Source: an uncultured Candidatus Saccharibacteria bacterium | GTDB lineage: Bacteria > Patescibacteriota > WWE3 > UBA101185 > UBA10185 | Assembly: GCA_964434935.1 (NCBI GenBank) | Contig: CAYSWS010000005.1 | Span: forward strand, 1 to 52,918 | Direction: 5' to 3' | DNA: 52,918 bases | In this document: piece by piece, positions 21,215-30,726 of the stretch | Numbering within the stretch: the first letter of the stretch is position 1 | How the letters are laid out: every line of letters begins with the position of its first letter | Position numbers and translations under genes: made by a program | Notes under the pieces: generated by a model | Databases searched by the model: none | What the model was told of the DNA's origin: nothing | Seen by the model: only the letters and a program-made list of their open reading frames with translations

Positions 21215-21403
21215 TCAGGGCAAATATTTGTCGCGTTGAGAATCGTGATGTGCCTTAACAGCCTCCTCGATGGTTACTCTTTCTCTGGGAGTAGGGTGCA
21301 TACCTGCTTGCTTGGCTTTTTCGTTGAGATCTGCATCAGCGCCCAGCTCCACATCGGTCTCATCAACAATACGTTTGGGGCGGTTGCCATTGTTTCGTGA
21401 CAT
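21215..21403 (-). CDS. hypothetical protein (62 aa ORFan)
   Basis: TAGACA-17-TAAAAT promoter, GGAGGT SD, downstream terminator. Confidence 0.65.
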   Translation of the reverse strand: MSRNNGNRPKRIVDETDVELGADADLNEKAKQAGMHPTPRERVTIEEAVKAHHDSQRDKYLP

Positions 21404-21465
21404 TTTTTACCTCCGTATATTATAGGTTGCGTAGATTTTAGCTTAATGGTAGGAAATTGTCTAGT

Positions 21466-22146
21466 CTAGGGCTGGTTGTTTTTGACGAAATCTTCTCTGC
21501 CGGAACCCTTTTTATACCTGTTATATCTCTCAGAGCTATGAATGTAGTAATCTTGGTGATAGTCTTCCGCCGGGTAAAATGTTGACATGGGTAATATATC
21601 TGTGACTATTGGTTTTTCGAACCTGCCGGAATCTCCCAGCGCTTGCTTTGAGCTTTCCGCGATCTGTTTTTCCCCATCGTCAGAGTAAAAAATGGCTGTT
21701 TTGTATTGTGAGCCTCTATCTGCGAACTGGCCCCCTGGATCAGTAGGATCTATCTGCGCCCAGAACTTTTCCAGCAGCTGTTCATAGCTAACTAAAGCCG
21801 GATCGTAGTAGATCATGACTCCTTCCCTATGTCCGGTGGCGCCGGTGCTGACCTGTTCGTAGGTGGGATTTTGCAGGTCACCGCCAATGTAGCCGGCCAC
21901 CGCTTCTTCCACGCCATCCATTTGTTCGAAAGGTCCCTCCATGCACCAAAAGCAACCCCCAGCTACCACCGCCGTCTTGAGCTTTTCATTTTGTTTAAGT
22001 TCAGATACGCGCTTGGTGATTTGTTCGAAGCTGTTTTGGGTGGAGGTTTGATCTGCTTTGCTAAAAAACGGCACCTGATTATTATAGAGGAAATAGGCCA
22101 GGCCGGCGACCGCTAGTATTAGTATGAGGAGAAACGGGTTTTTCAT
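21466..22146 (-). CDS. msrA: peptide methionine sulfoxide reductase A with N-terminal anchor
   Basis: AGGCFWCME, GHRE, GQFADRGSQY, FYPAEDYHQDY. Confidence 0.95.
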   Translation of the reverse strand: MKNPFLLILILAVAGLAYFLYNNQVPFFSKADQTSTQNSFEQITKRVSELKQNEKLKTAVVAGGCFWCMEGPFEQMDGVEEAVAGYIGGDLQNPTYEQVSTGATGHREGVMIYYDPALVSYEQLLEKFWAQIDPTDPGGQFADRGSQYKTAIFYSDDGEKQIAESSKQALGDSGRFEKPIVTDILPMSTFYPAEDYHQDYYIHSSERYNRYKKGSGREDFVKNNQP

Positions 22147-22167
22147 CGATAATGAATTTTAACAGAA

Positions 22168-22568
22168 GAAAAAAGAAAGGGCTCACGGTAGGTGTAGATC
22201 TTGCGGTGTTTTGCAAGAAATTCACTTTGTGTGAGCCTTATGATAACAGGCTGTGCTGTCTGCCTGGAATTTTTGAGGGTAGGGTTATTGGTTTGCCTCT
22301 CAGTAGAGAGCTCCCAGATCAAACTTGTCGTTTGAGGTGGTTGTCTTTGAAAATATCTCAAAGAACAATGGCCTAAACCCTTCCAAATTTTGGTACCTCA
22401 TACACATGCTGATTTTCAAACCCAGATTTTTTATGAGGGGTTTATACTAGTCAACAGGTTGAGGACTGCGCACCGCTGTGCGCTCTTCCCTTACGGGGTT
22501 CAGGTTGTCATTCAAATCTGACAAAGGGCAAATGTGTGATATGTCAGTAGAATTCGAACTTGAACATA
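22168..22568 (-). ncRNA. candidate structured non-coding RNA
   Basis: consensus promoter upstream, terminator downstream, many hairpins, no SD-led ORF. Confidence 0.4.
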
Positions 22569-22573
22569 GCGGA

Positions 22574-22602
22574 ATTATACAATAAACATTGCAACGTGTC
22601 AA
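22574..22602 (-). promoter_or_regulatory. consensus sigma70 promoter
   Basis: TTGACA-17bp-TATAAT on the minus strand. Confidence 0.8.
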
Positions 22603-22613
22603 TACTATAGGTC

Positions 22614-22847
22614 CTACTTTCTGTAGAGCTCGAAGCATCCATCCCGCTTCTTATCCATGGTTTGTTCTATGGAGATTATTTTTTCAGGTGTCAGCTCACC
22701 TTTTGTTATTACCTCATCCCGCTCTTTTTCCACATCTCTCAGACATTTTATGAGCTTGAATCTATCGAATCTTAAAAATAAAGATCCCACTAGTAATGCT
22801 AATAAAGTGGAAAAGAATAGTATTTTTCCTGTAAGTTTTGGTTTCAT
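22614..22847 (-). CDS. small membrane-anchored hypothetical protein
   Basis: ATG shortly after TATAAT; one TM helix. Confidence 0.55.
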   Translation of the reverse strand: MKPKLTGKILFFSTLLALLVGSLFLRFDRFKLIKCLRDVEKERDEVITKGELTPEKIISIEQTMDKKRDGCFELYRK

Positions 22848-22867
22848 GGAATGAGCCAATTATACAA

Positions 22868-22916
22868 TAAAGGAAAAGGCGTCCTAAGTTTGCTAATGAG
22901 CAATCAAAAGACGCCT
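22868..22916 (-). terminator. hairpin terminator
   Basis: AGGCGTC...GACGCCT then TTTCCTTT on the minus strand. Confidence 0.6.
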
Positions 22917-22922
22917 GGATTG

Positions 22923-23762
22923 TTACAAGTGGTCGATGGCTTTTTGCAAATGCCGCCGGGCGGAGATCAGCTCATTTTCTGTTAGATCTTCCACCGTCTT
23001 ATTTATGTGGTATCTGGCCCACCTGGCACAGAGAGAGTGTGGCCTGTCTTCGAGCAGATGCTCAAGCGTTTTGTAGTGCAAGTTGAGGGCGTTTACTAAG
23101 GACCTTAGGGTCCCGTTTGTTACAAACTCATCTTCATTGGATGTGATCTCCAACAGCGATTCCAAAGCCCCTTTTACATAATCTTGGATCCGGCTCAACC
23201 TCTCCAATCTGGATTCAACTGCGCTTAGTCTCCCATCAAGGTGCGTGTTGATAATGTCAATCTGCTCTATTCGATCAAGCACCGCTCCTGTTAAAGCTGT
23301 TTGTTCAACTGCCTTAAGCGGTTCTTCGATCCACGCCTTCTCAAGAAGTTTCCAGAGATTATTTGACTCTCTTTCATAACTTGACTTTGTGTGCTCCGAC
23401 AGCTGACGTTGCAGAGAAAGAACACTTTCGAGTTGTTGATAGATCAAAAGCTTGAAGTCGTCTTCGCCCCTTTTTATGATTCCCAAGGCATATAAGGACG
23501 CTTTACGCATCTTTCTTAGTTTGGGAACAGAGACGGGGTAATACTTTGGTAAAGGTATCCACCTTGGATTAAGATAAGTCTTGCTTAATCTGAATCTGGT
23601 GCGCATTACCTTGCCGCGGCTTTTCCAGGTGATGCGGATCCTTCCTTTTATAACAAGAAGCATGCGCGTCCCGGGAATTCTTTTAACTTCTAACGAACCG
23701 TCCTTTATGGCTTTCCAAACTCTTTCCCACGTAAGTGCCGGAGTGTTTTTCTTCCGCGCCAT
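22923..23762 (-). CDS. hypothetical protein (basic N-terminus, helical C-terminus)
   Basis: 279-aa ORF; TTGCAC-17-TATAAT promoter, GGGAG SD, own terminator. Confidence 0.7.
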   Translation of the reverse strand: MARKKNTPALTWERVWKAIKDGSLEVKRIPGTRMLLVIKGRIRITWKSRGKVMRTRFRLSKTYLNPRWIPLPKYYPVSVPKLRKMRKASLYALGIIKRGEDDFKLLIYQQLESVLSLQRQLSEHTKSSYERESNNLWKLLEKAWIEEPLKAVEQTALTGAVLDRIEQIDIINTHLDGRLSAVESRLERLSRIQDYVKGALESLLEITSNEDEFVTNGTLRSLVNALNLHYKTLEHLLEDRPHSLCARWARYHINKTVEDLTENELISARRHLQKAIDHL

Positions 23763-23951
23763 GATGTTCTCTCCCTATTAATATGTGTATGTGAGTTAGT
23801 GTGTATTATAAAGTGTATGAAGACGGAGTGCAAAAAAGATACAGAAAAGCAGCGCTGAAAAAAGAGCAAAAGACCTGTAAGGATGTTCGAATAATTTGCA
23901 AACACTAGTAGGTTTTTGGTTTTTTCATTTTTATGCGCACAACTAGATGTT

Positions 23952-23993
23952 TGAGGAAGGCACCTCTGTATGAACACAGAAGTGCCTTCCTCA
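23952..23993 (-). terminator. hairpin (terminator-like, no U tract)
   Basis: TGAGGAAGGCAC...GTGCCTTCCTCA perfect 12-bp stem. Confidence 0.55.
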
Positions 23994-24012
23994 GGGACTT
24001 CCGTGTTACTGG

Positions 24013-25194
24013 TTAGGGTTTGACGTCAGGGTTCAAGCATGACGGTTCATGGCAGGTGCCGTCAAAGTTGGGCTTGAACCAGTCCGAACTCCACAAGGGA
24101 TCCGGATAGATGATGTTGCCTTGGCAGTCGACCATCACCCACTCATCGTAGAGGACTTTATCGGCCTCATAGACGAAGTCAGGATGTGCACAGACAGAGC
24201 AGATCTCCGCCTGTCGCTCTACGCTTGGCATGGCCGCATCTTCGGCGTCACCATACATGATGACCCAGCAGGTGCCGTTGCGGCTGCCTTGGCCCCAGTA
24301 CCAATCAGGGGCGTCGTAGTCGATCAATGTCAGCATGCGGTATTTTTCGGTCACCTTGCAGACGAAACAATCAGCCGGTTCGCTGATCACCCCACCTTCC
24401 ATGAGGTTGAGAGGATCGGATATGATAATATCCTCGCCTTCCTCGATGGGGATGCCAAAAGGTCCGAACTCCGCCGGTTCCAGTGTGTAAGGATCTGTCC
24501 AAACACCGCTGGCGACGACCACCTTGTTCCCACCCTTGATGTAGAAGACTTCCCAGCCTTTGGGAGCGCAGTCGTTGTCGTATCCAACGACGACATTCCA
24601 ACGGGATTGCATCTGTTCTTCTTCCACCTCCCGGGTGCCGCATACAGTCTTGCCGTCACGGGCATCCACAAAGGTGTAGGTGTGAACCACGGTGCGGAAG
24701 CGCTCTTCCATACCGGTGGAGGGATTGTAGGTCCAAGGACCCCAATCAGGATCGGTGCTGACAGGGCCCACCTCAGTGGTTTCGCTGCAGACCTGATAGC
24801 AGTCATCGGGCTTTTCCACTCGATGATGTACAGGGCCTTCGGTATGGATGTTGGATTGCAGGACCCAGTGGTAGATGACCCACTTGTAAACGTGGTAGCG
24901 GATCTTGACTTCGTAGTTGTGCTGTCCGCTGGGATTCCAGGGATTCAGCCCGCCACTGTGATCCGAATAGGGTACGGGATTCCAACCACCTCCATTGTTG
25001 ACCTGGGTCTCGTAGGGGACGTACTTGTAGTTGCCGGACTGATAGGTGCCGGGATTGACATCGATGCCATAGCCTTCGCAGGGCTCATGGTAGGTGATAC
25101 CAAGATCCCAAGCGTCGGCTGTTCCCACGGCCAGGCTGGCAATAAACATGGTGACAAGCAGTGCTGCAACAAACAGAATTCCAAATCTACGCAT
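24013..25194 (-). CDS. secreted Cys/Trp-rich hypothetical protein
   Basis: signal peptide MRRFGILFVAALL..ADA-W; AGGAG SD; C-ending codon bias. Confidence 0.75.
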   Translation of the reverse strand: MRRFGILFVAALLVTMFIASLAVGTADAWDLGITYHEPCEGYGIDVNPGTYQSGNYKYVPYETQVNNGGGWNPVPYSDHSGGLNPWNPSGQHNYEVKIRYHVYKWVIYHWVLQSNIHTEGPVHHRVEKPDDCYQVCSETTEVGPVSTDPDWGPWTYNPSTGMEERFRTVVHTYTFVDARDGKTVCGTREVEEEQMQSRWNVVVGYDNDCAPKGWEVFYIKGGNKVVVASGVWTDPYTLEPAEFGPFGIPIEEGEDIIISDPLNLMEGGVISEPADCFVCKVTEKYRMLTLIDYDAPDWYWGQGSRNGTCWVIMYGDAEDAAMPSVERQAEICSVCAHPDFVYEADKVLYDEWVMVDCQGNIIYPDPLWSSDWFKPNFDGTCHEPSCLNPDVKP

Positions 25195-25403
25195 TACAAT
25201 TACTCCTTTTTGGTTAGGTTCCGGATCCGTCGAGTACAAAGTAAAGTGCGTCGTCTTCTTACAAAACGATCATATCTTCTCCTTTTCTAGTTGCACCTTC
25301 TATATTAAAAAATAGAAAGGCTGCTTTTCTGTTTTCAACGTTCTAACACGATGCGTTAGTTGTATTGGCAGGCAAAACGCCCGCCTCTAACTTGTCATCG
25401 TGT

Positions 25404-25432
25404 ATTGTACTTATGTTATAGGGTATTGTCAA
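25404..25432 (-). promoter_or_regulatory. sigma70 promoter
   Basis: TTGACA-17bp-TACAAT on the minus strand. Confidence 0.75.
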
Positions 25433-25446
25433 CCTTAGGGAAAGGC

Positions 25447-26436
25447 TTATGATTTGAACTTAAAAACCTTATCCGAATGCCTGGCGGCCATAATAAGCTC
25501 ATCACCGGGGAAACAAATGGATTGGTCGGCATAGGAGATGATGACAGAGTCCTCCTTGGCCTTAATAAGCTGAATAGTGTTATCAAAAAGATTCTTAATC
25601 CTGGCCAGAACATCGCCCCTTTTTACCATATCCCCGGCCCTGACCTTGTACTCGACAATGCCGGCATAATCAGGCGAATATCGTTTCCAGACAGTTTCGT
25701 AGACCGGTTCCAGGTTGAGCTTGTTTTGATATTGCCACAGCGGTTCTATGGGATTGATCATGCCCAGGTAGGATAAGACGTTTTTTACCGAATTTAGCCC
25801 TATTTCTACGAACTTATTGCTCACCACCAGCGGTCCGCCCAGCTCTAAGGTATAAGACGGTATCTTGGCTGTGTTCACTAAAGCACCGGTGATGGCGTTC
25901 TTAAGCTCCTCCATGTAGCTTTCGTGGTTTTCCACAAAATAGTTAAGGCCCGAGATCTCGGAGTATTTTAATAATGTTTCGATCATGGGAGCGTCTTTTT
26001 CGTCCAAGACCTGGTCCAGATAAACATAAGGTATTGATTCCATGGTGTCAGTGTGCAGGTCTATGACAAAGGCAGGGTTCGTTTTTACTATTTTCGAATA
26101 AATTTTATGAGCTATTCTCTCACCAGCATTGCCTTTGGGGTTTCCGGGGAAGCATCTGTTCAGATCAAAAGCATTCGTAGATTCGTACCTATTGATCATT
26201 TCATAACCGGTAGGATTCATGATGGGTAGACTGTAAACCTTACCTTTGAGAAGAGGGAATCTGTTGAGGAACCTATTCAGTCTGAGAACTATTTCCGTGC
26301 CGGTGACCTCATCGCCGTGTATGGCAGCGATAACCCAGACAACCGGGCCCGGTGTTTCGACTTCCTGTGTGATCATAGGTATCTTTCTTTGTGCTAGATC
26401 AACGCTTTTAAAGATGGATATGTACTCTTTCTTCAT
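25447..26436 (-). CDS. succinylglutamate desuccinylase/aspartoacylase (M14-like) family protein
   Basis: AAIHGDE, DLNRCFPG, VIDLHT, TLELGG, C-terminal biotinyl-like hairpin. Confidence 0.9.
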   Translation of the reverse strand: MKKEYISIFKSVDLAQRKIPMITQEVETPGPVVWVIAAIHGDEVTGTEIVLRLNRFLNRFPLLKGKVYSLPIMNPTGYEMINRYESTNAFDLNRCFPGNPKGNAGERIAHKIYSKIVKTNPAFVIDLHTDTMESIPYVYLDQVLDEKDAPMIETLLKYSEISGLNYFVENHESYMEELKNAITGALVNTAKIPSYTLELGGPLVVSNKFVEIGLNSVKNVLSYLGMINPIEPLWQYQNKLNLEPVYETVWKRYSPDYAGIVEYKVRAGDMVKRGDVLARIKNLFDNTIQLIKAKEDSVIISYADQSICFPGDELIMAARHSDKVFKFKS

Positions 26437-26491
26437 AGAGATGTGATTATACGCCTAATTTGGACTATTTGCTTTTGTGAAAGGGTTTAGG

Positions 26492-26534
26492 GGCGCCTGC
26501 CTGATTTTGTGTTACTTTTGGTCAGGCAGGCGCC
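26492..26534 (-). terminator. hairpin (terminator-like)
   Basis: GGCGCCTGCCTGA...TCAGGCAGGCGCC perfect 13-bp stem. Confidence 0.6.
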
Positions 26535-26542
26535 AGGAGGGT

Positions 26543-26815
26543 TCATGTTTCCCAGGAAACTGAAAGTGCAGGAAAGGATTTTTCAAGGCTAAAAACAGCG
26601 GCATTGAGTTTTTCGAACCATTTTTTTCTCAAAACTTTGATGATCAGACGGTTGTTGACCAATTTAAGGTTTGCTACCGACGGATCGACGCAGGGAACAC
26701 GCTTTTCCTTGATCTGAGCGCTGGCGTACATATCGATCACATCTATGTACTCAGAGTAAAGCGGCGGTTGTAGGATCTTGTTGAACTCTTGCACGACTCC
26801 TTCTAAAGTTATCAT
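26543..26815 (-). CDS. hypothetical protein (90 aa ORFan)
   Basis: TGTTATAAT extended -10, AAGGAGG SD, downstream hairpin. Confidence 0.65.
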   Translation of the reverse strand: MITLEGVVQEFNKILQPPLYSEYIDVIDMYASAQIKEKRVPCVDPSVANLKLVNNRLIIKVLRKKWFEKLNAAVFSLEKSFPALSVSWET

Positions 26816-26932
26816 GTCTGCCTCCTTGGCATCTTATTTGTAGAGTATTTGCTAATGAGCATTATAACAAATTCTGCAATTTTCTTAATTAAAACTCGTT
26901 ATTATCCCCGCTTTGTGTTAGGATTTGCCCAT

Positions 26933-27382
26933 ATGGGAAATTACAATAGAGATGACAGGTCAGGTTCAAGAAGAGATTCCGGTCGAAGAGATCCGGGAAG
27001 GAGAGGTTCCGGCAGGAGAGATTTTGGTGGACGTGGCAGGGACAGAGTGATGCACAAAGCCATTTGTGCCAGTTGCGGCCGAGAGTGTGAAGTTCCCTTT
27101 GAGCCCAGAGATGGCAGGCCGGTGTTTTGCAGTGACTGCTTCGAAAATAAGAATTTTGAAAATAAGAATGAAGGATCACCGGCTCCAAGAAGAGGCGATT
27201 TTGAAAGAAAACATGAGCAAAGACCTCTAAATAATGAGCAGCTGGAAACGATCATTCTTAAACTGGATAAGATCTTAGATGTGCTTACCGCCGCTAGTGT
27301 AGTGGAAGAGAAGGAAGAACAAACCAAACCGAAAAAAGCCAAAACTGTTGATAAAAAGAAGAAGGCAAAGAAAAAAGCTTAA
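26933..27382 (+). CDS. CxxC-x17-CxxC zinc-ribbon protein
   Basis: MHKAICASCGRECEVPFEPRDGRPVFCSDC with RG-rich N-terminus and Lys-rich tail. Confidence 0.85.
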   Translation: MGNYNRDDRSGSRRDSGRRDPGRRGSGRRDFGGRGRDRVMHKAICASCGRECEVPFEPRDGRPVFCSDCFENKNFENKNEGSPAPRRGDFERKHEQRPLNNEQLETIILKLDKILDVLTAASVVEEKEEQTKPKKAKTVDKKKKAKKKA

Positions 27383-29583
27383 GCCCGTTTTTTCCCGTAA
27401 TAAAAAAGCATCCAAGTCAAGCCAGCAAATATCATGAGCACCAAACCGTATTTAACCGTGGGAGCAATATAAGCCACCAAAATAGGAGCGATGATGACCG
27501 AAACCAGGTTGATGACCTTGAGCAAAGGATTTAAAGCCGGCCCGGCCGTGTCTTTGAGGGGATCGCCTACGGTGTCGCCTATTACGCTGGCTTTGTGAGG
27601 ATCTGATCCTTTACCGCCATAATTTCCTTCTTCGATGTATTTTTTGGCATTGTCCCAGGCACCGCCGGCATTAGACATGAAGACGGCAAATAGTTGTCCG
27701 GACAAGATCAAGCCCACTAAAAAGCCGCCCAAAGGCTCTACGCCTAGCAAAAGCCCCACCAGCACCGGCGTGGATACAGCTAGGAAAGCAATGGGTAAAA
27801 GCTCTTTTTGCGCCGATTTGGTACAAATAGCCACCGCGTTGGCATAATCAGGTTTTTTGGTGCCGCTCATAATGCCGGGGATCTTGAACTGCCTTCTTAC
27901 TTCTTCGATGATGGTTGAAGCGGCCCTGGAGACGGCCTCTATCAAGCGCGCACTGAAAAGCAGCGGCAAAGCCCCACCAATTAACAGCCCCACAAACACC
28001 AAAGGTTCTGAGGCTCTGATGCCTCCGGCCAAAGTTCCTACGCTCACCTTTTCCACATCTGTTATGAACGAACCAAACAACGACACGGCGGCAATGACGG
28101 CGCTGCCAATAGCTACGCCTTTGGTAATAGCTTTGGTTGTGTTGCCGGCCGAATCCAGTCGCGCTAGTATGACCTGACCTTTAGTATTTATTTTGGCCAT
28201 TTCACCAATACCACCGGCGTTGTCAGAAATTGGCCCAAAAGAATCCATGGCTACATTGTTTCCCGTTAAGGTAAGCATGCCTATACCCGTCAATGAAACG
28301 CCGTAAAGAACGTAAACGGCGGGGAATCCTGAGTAAATGACAATAGCGCCTATGATGGTGATGGCGATCACAAGGATGGACCACACACTCGATTCCAGAC
28401 CTACAGACAATCCGGAAAGGATGGTAGTGGCAGGCCCACTTTTGGTTTGTTCGGCGATCTTTTGCACGGGCGCATGGGCGGAGTCAGTAAAATAAGTGGT
28501 GAGATGATCGATGACAATAGCCAAGATGACACCAATGACCACAGAGAAGAAGGCGCGCCATTCGTTCATGTAAAAGTGTGCCAGTACCGCGAATAGCACA
28601 GCTGATATAACAGCTGAAGTATAAAATCCGCGGTTGATGGCCTTGAGAGGATTTTCGCCTTTTTTGCCTTTGACAAAAGATGTACCTATGACTGAGCTTA
28701 AGACGCCAATTCCCCTAACGATAAGCGGGAAAACTATCCATTTCACGGAACCGGTAAGTGCAGATAAAGCCAGCCCCAAGATCAATGAAGACACAATGGT
28801 CACTTCATAGCTTTCAAAAATATCAGCTGCCATCCCGGCGCAGTCGCCAACGTTGTCTCCTACCAGATCAGCCACCACAGCAGGATTACGGGGATCGTCT
28901 TCGGGAATACCGGCCTCCACCTTGCCCACTAGGTCAGCTCCCACATCAGCGGCTTTGGTGTAGATACCACCGCCTACCCTCATCAACAATGCCAGAAGTG
29001 TGCCACCAAAACCAAACCCCAACAATGCGTCCGGCGCAGCTTTGCCAAAAAGTATAAATATGAGAGTACCGCCCATAAGTCCCAACCCATCAGTCAACAT
29101 TCCCGTCACGGTACCGGCTCTGTAAGCCACCTTCAAAGCCTCGTTAGCTTTTTCCTGAGAGGCAAGTGAGGCCACGCGCACGGAAGCAGCAATGGCCATT
29201 CTCATCCCTAGGCGTCCTACCATGGCGGAAAATATAGCTCCGGCAAGAAAAGCCAGAGCTCTACCGATGGCAATTATATTTCTGGCATTATTTCCAAAAA
29301 CCTCATGAGCTTCAGTTGAGGGCTGAACAACCCAGACACTTAAGAAAAGCACGGCCACAAGTACGCTTATCATTAATCGAATAATTTTCCATTGAGAAGC
29401 CAGATAAGCCTCAGCACCTTCCTTGATAGCATTCCAAACATCCTCCATTTTTCCTCCGGGAAGCTCAGTAGCTAGGATCTGACGTCTTAGATTAAAGGCA
29501 TAAAAAAGTCCCAGGAAAGAAATTCCCAGAACTCCCACCAAACTTGCCACTTCGAAGGATGAAAATCCATGTAAACCTAGCAT
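27379..29583 (-). CDS. hppA: membrane-bound H+-translocating pyrophosphatase (K+-independent type)
   Basis: [49 protein letters not shown]. Confidence 0.95.
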   Translation of the reverse strand: MLGLHGFSSFEVASLVGVLGISFLGLFYAFNLRRQILATELPGGKMEDVWNAIKEGAEAYLASQWKIIRLMISVLVAVLFLSVWVVQPSTEAHEVFGNNARNIIAIGRALAFLAGAIFSAMVGRLGMRMAIAASVRVASLASQEKANEALKVAYRAGTVTGMLTDGLGLMGGTLIFILFGKAAPDALLGFGFGGTLLALLMRVGGGIYTKAADVGADLVGKVEAGIPEDDPRNPAVVADLVGDNVGDCAGMAADIFESYEVTIVSSLILGLALSALTGSVKWIVFPLIVRGIGVLSSVIGTSFVKGKKGENPLKAINRGFYTSAVISAVLFAVLAHFYMNEWRAFFSVVIGVILAIVIDHLTTYFTDSAHAPVQKIAEQTKSGPATTILSGLSVGLESSVWSILVIAITIIGAIVIYSGFPAVYVLYGVSLTGIGMLTLTGNNVAMDSFGPISDNAGGIGEMAKINTKGQVILARLDSAGNTTKAITKGVAIGSAVIAAVSLFGSFITDVEKVSVGTLAGGIRASEPLVFVGLLIGGALPLLFSARLIEAVSRAASTIIEEVRRQFKIPGIMSGTKKPDYANAVAICTKSAQKELLPIAFLAVSTPVLVGLLLGVEPLGGFLVGLILSGQLFAVFMSNAGGAWDNAKKYIEEGNYGGKGSDPHKASVIGDTVGDPLKDTAGPALNPLLKVINLVSVIIAPILVAYIAPTVKYGLVLMIFAGLTWMLFYYGKKRA

Positions 29584-29673
29584 GTGGGGATTTTATCCAA
29601 TGGGTATTAGCGTTGTCAACAGCAAGTTGATTTTTATATATCCCTTTCGAGGTAGTAAAATTATAAATAAGAG

Positions 29674-30675
29674 ATGAAAAAAACCATTTATTTATTTTAC
29701 GCACTGATATTAAACTTCTTTCTTATCTTATCGAGCATGTTCCTACCTTTTGTCAGAGACTTATTTTCCGGGAGCATGCTCTTGTTGCTTCCTTTTGTTA
29801 CTTTCAGCGCCTTAGGTTTCCTCCTGGTTTTTATGGTTCGAAAACACAATGTGGAGGGAAAATTAAAAAAGAGCCTCGATCTAGCCGGGTACTCTGCCGG
29901 ATTCATCTTGGTGGGTGTGGTTCTTCATAACCTTGCTTCCGCTCTGGGAATACTCTTGTTAAAAAAAGAAATTGAAGAGCCTGTGTTTTTCATCTTAGCC
30001 ACCGTTATTCTCCCACTGCTATTTATTGTAGGATCTACAAAGACAGTGCTTACTACCAAAAAAGTATTCCCGGTTGCCGCCGCTTTATTGTTCGTAGTGC
30101 TTTTCTTATCGTATGGTATTGGCGAAAAGAGTGACAACCCTAAATTGGAAAACACAATTGCGGAAAGTAATGACGGATTTTATGAAGATTGGAACACTTA
30201 CAAAAGTGACGATCTTGGCATTGAGTTAAAATATCCAAATAAGTACTTTGTCGAAGAGGATGACAATACAATTGGTGTGTTTTCTCCTAGATATTTATGC
30301 AGAGCAGCTGGAAGTGAGGATGCTTATCAAGAAATGAGTGAAGTTTCAATTCAGATGATCATCCACCGTGGTAAAAGTTTTGAAAGAACATGGCAAGACA
30401 TATTTGACTTCAAGTTTACCGGGAAAGAAGATTCTATCGATGGAATTAAGATAATTGACGGCAGAAAAGCCTACTATTTTTATCAGGGAGCGGAGTTGTC
30501 TTTTGGTAGGCAGGCTTTTTTAATTGATCTGGGCGAAGGTAAACTTTTGGAAATAAATGTGTATGAGCCTAGTTACACTTTTGAGTGCGAAGGCTGGGAT
30601 GGGGCTTTTACAAATGATGGGGATTATGTTTTGGCTGCAGATCAGATTATTTCTTCCATAATCTTTTTAGATTAG
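29674..30675 (+). CDS. hypothetical membrane protein with extracellular C-terminal domain
   Basis: about five TM helices, then a WNTYKS..LGIELKYP motif of exported PsbP-like domains. Confidence 0.7.
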   Translation: MKKTIYLFYALILNFFLILSSMFLPFVRDLFSGSMLLLLPFVTFSALGFLLVFMVRKHNVEGKLKKSLDLAGYSAGFILVGVVLHNLASALGILLLKKEIEEPVFFILATVILPLLFIVGSTKTVLTTKKVFPVAAALLFVVLFLSYGIGEKSDNPKLENTIAESNDGFYEDWNTYKSDDLGIELKYPNKYFVEEDDNTIGVFSPRYLCRAAGSEDAYQEMSEVSIQMIIHRGKSFERTWQDIFDFKFTGKEDSIDGIKIIDGRKAYYFYQGAELSFGRQAFLIDLGEGKLLEINVYEPSYTFECEGWDGAFTNDGDYVLAADQIISSIIFLD

Positions 30676-30726
30676 CTGTTGCTGGTTCCCCTCAGCATTG
30701 CGTACGTGCTGATATAATCAAAGAGC

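Noticed and set aside
23931-23941. TGTGCGCATAA on the minus strand, similar to the E. coli XerC arm
   Set aside because: No partner arm at 6-bp spacing.
24049-25290. 413-aa plus-strand ORF
   Set aside because: Antisense shadow of the secreted protein; no SD or motif, and explained by codon bias.
22889-26861. Exact 14-mer TTTGCTAATGAGCA at 22889 and 26848
   Set aside because: A few 14-mer matches are expected by chance in 53 kb, and the contexts differ.
26968-27170. 15-bp tandem repeats (RRDSG-type, FENKN x2)
   Set aside because: In-frame low-complexity protein repeats typical of this family.
30681-30716. TGGTTCCCC as a degenerate fifth cassette site
   Set aside because: The spacer and TTATCCG arm are absent; only a small TCAGCA/TGCTGA hairpin is present.
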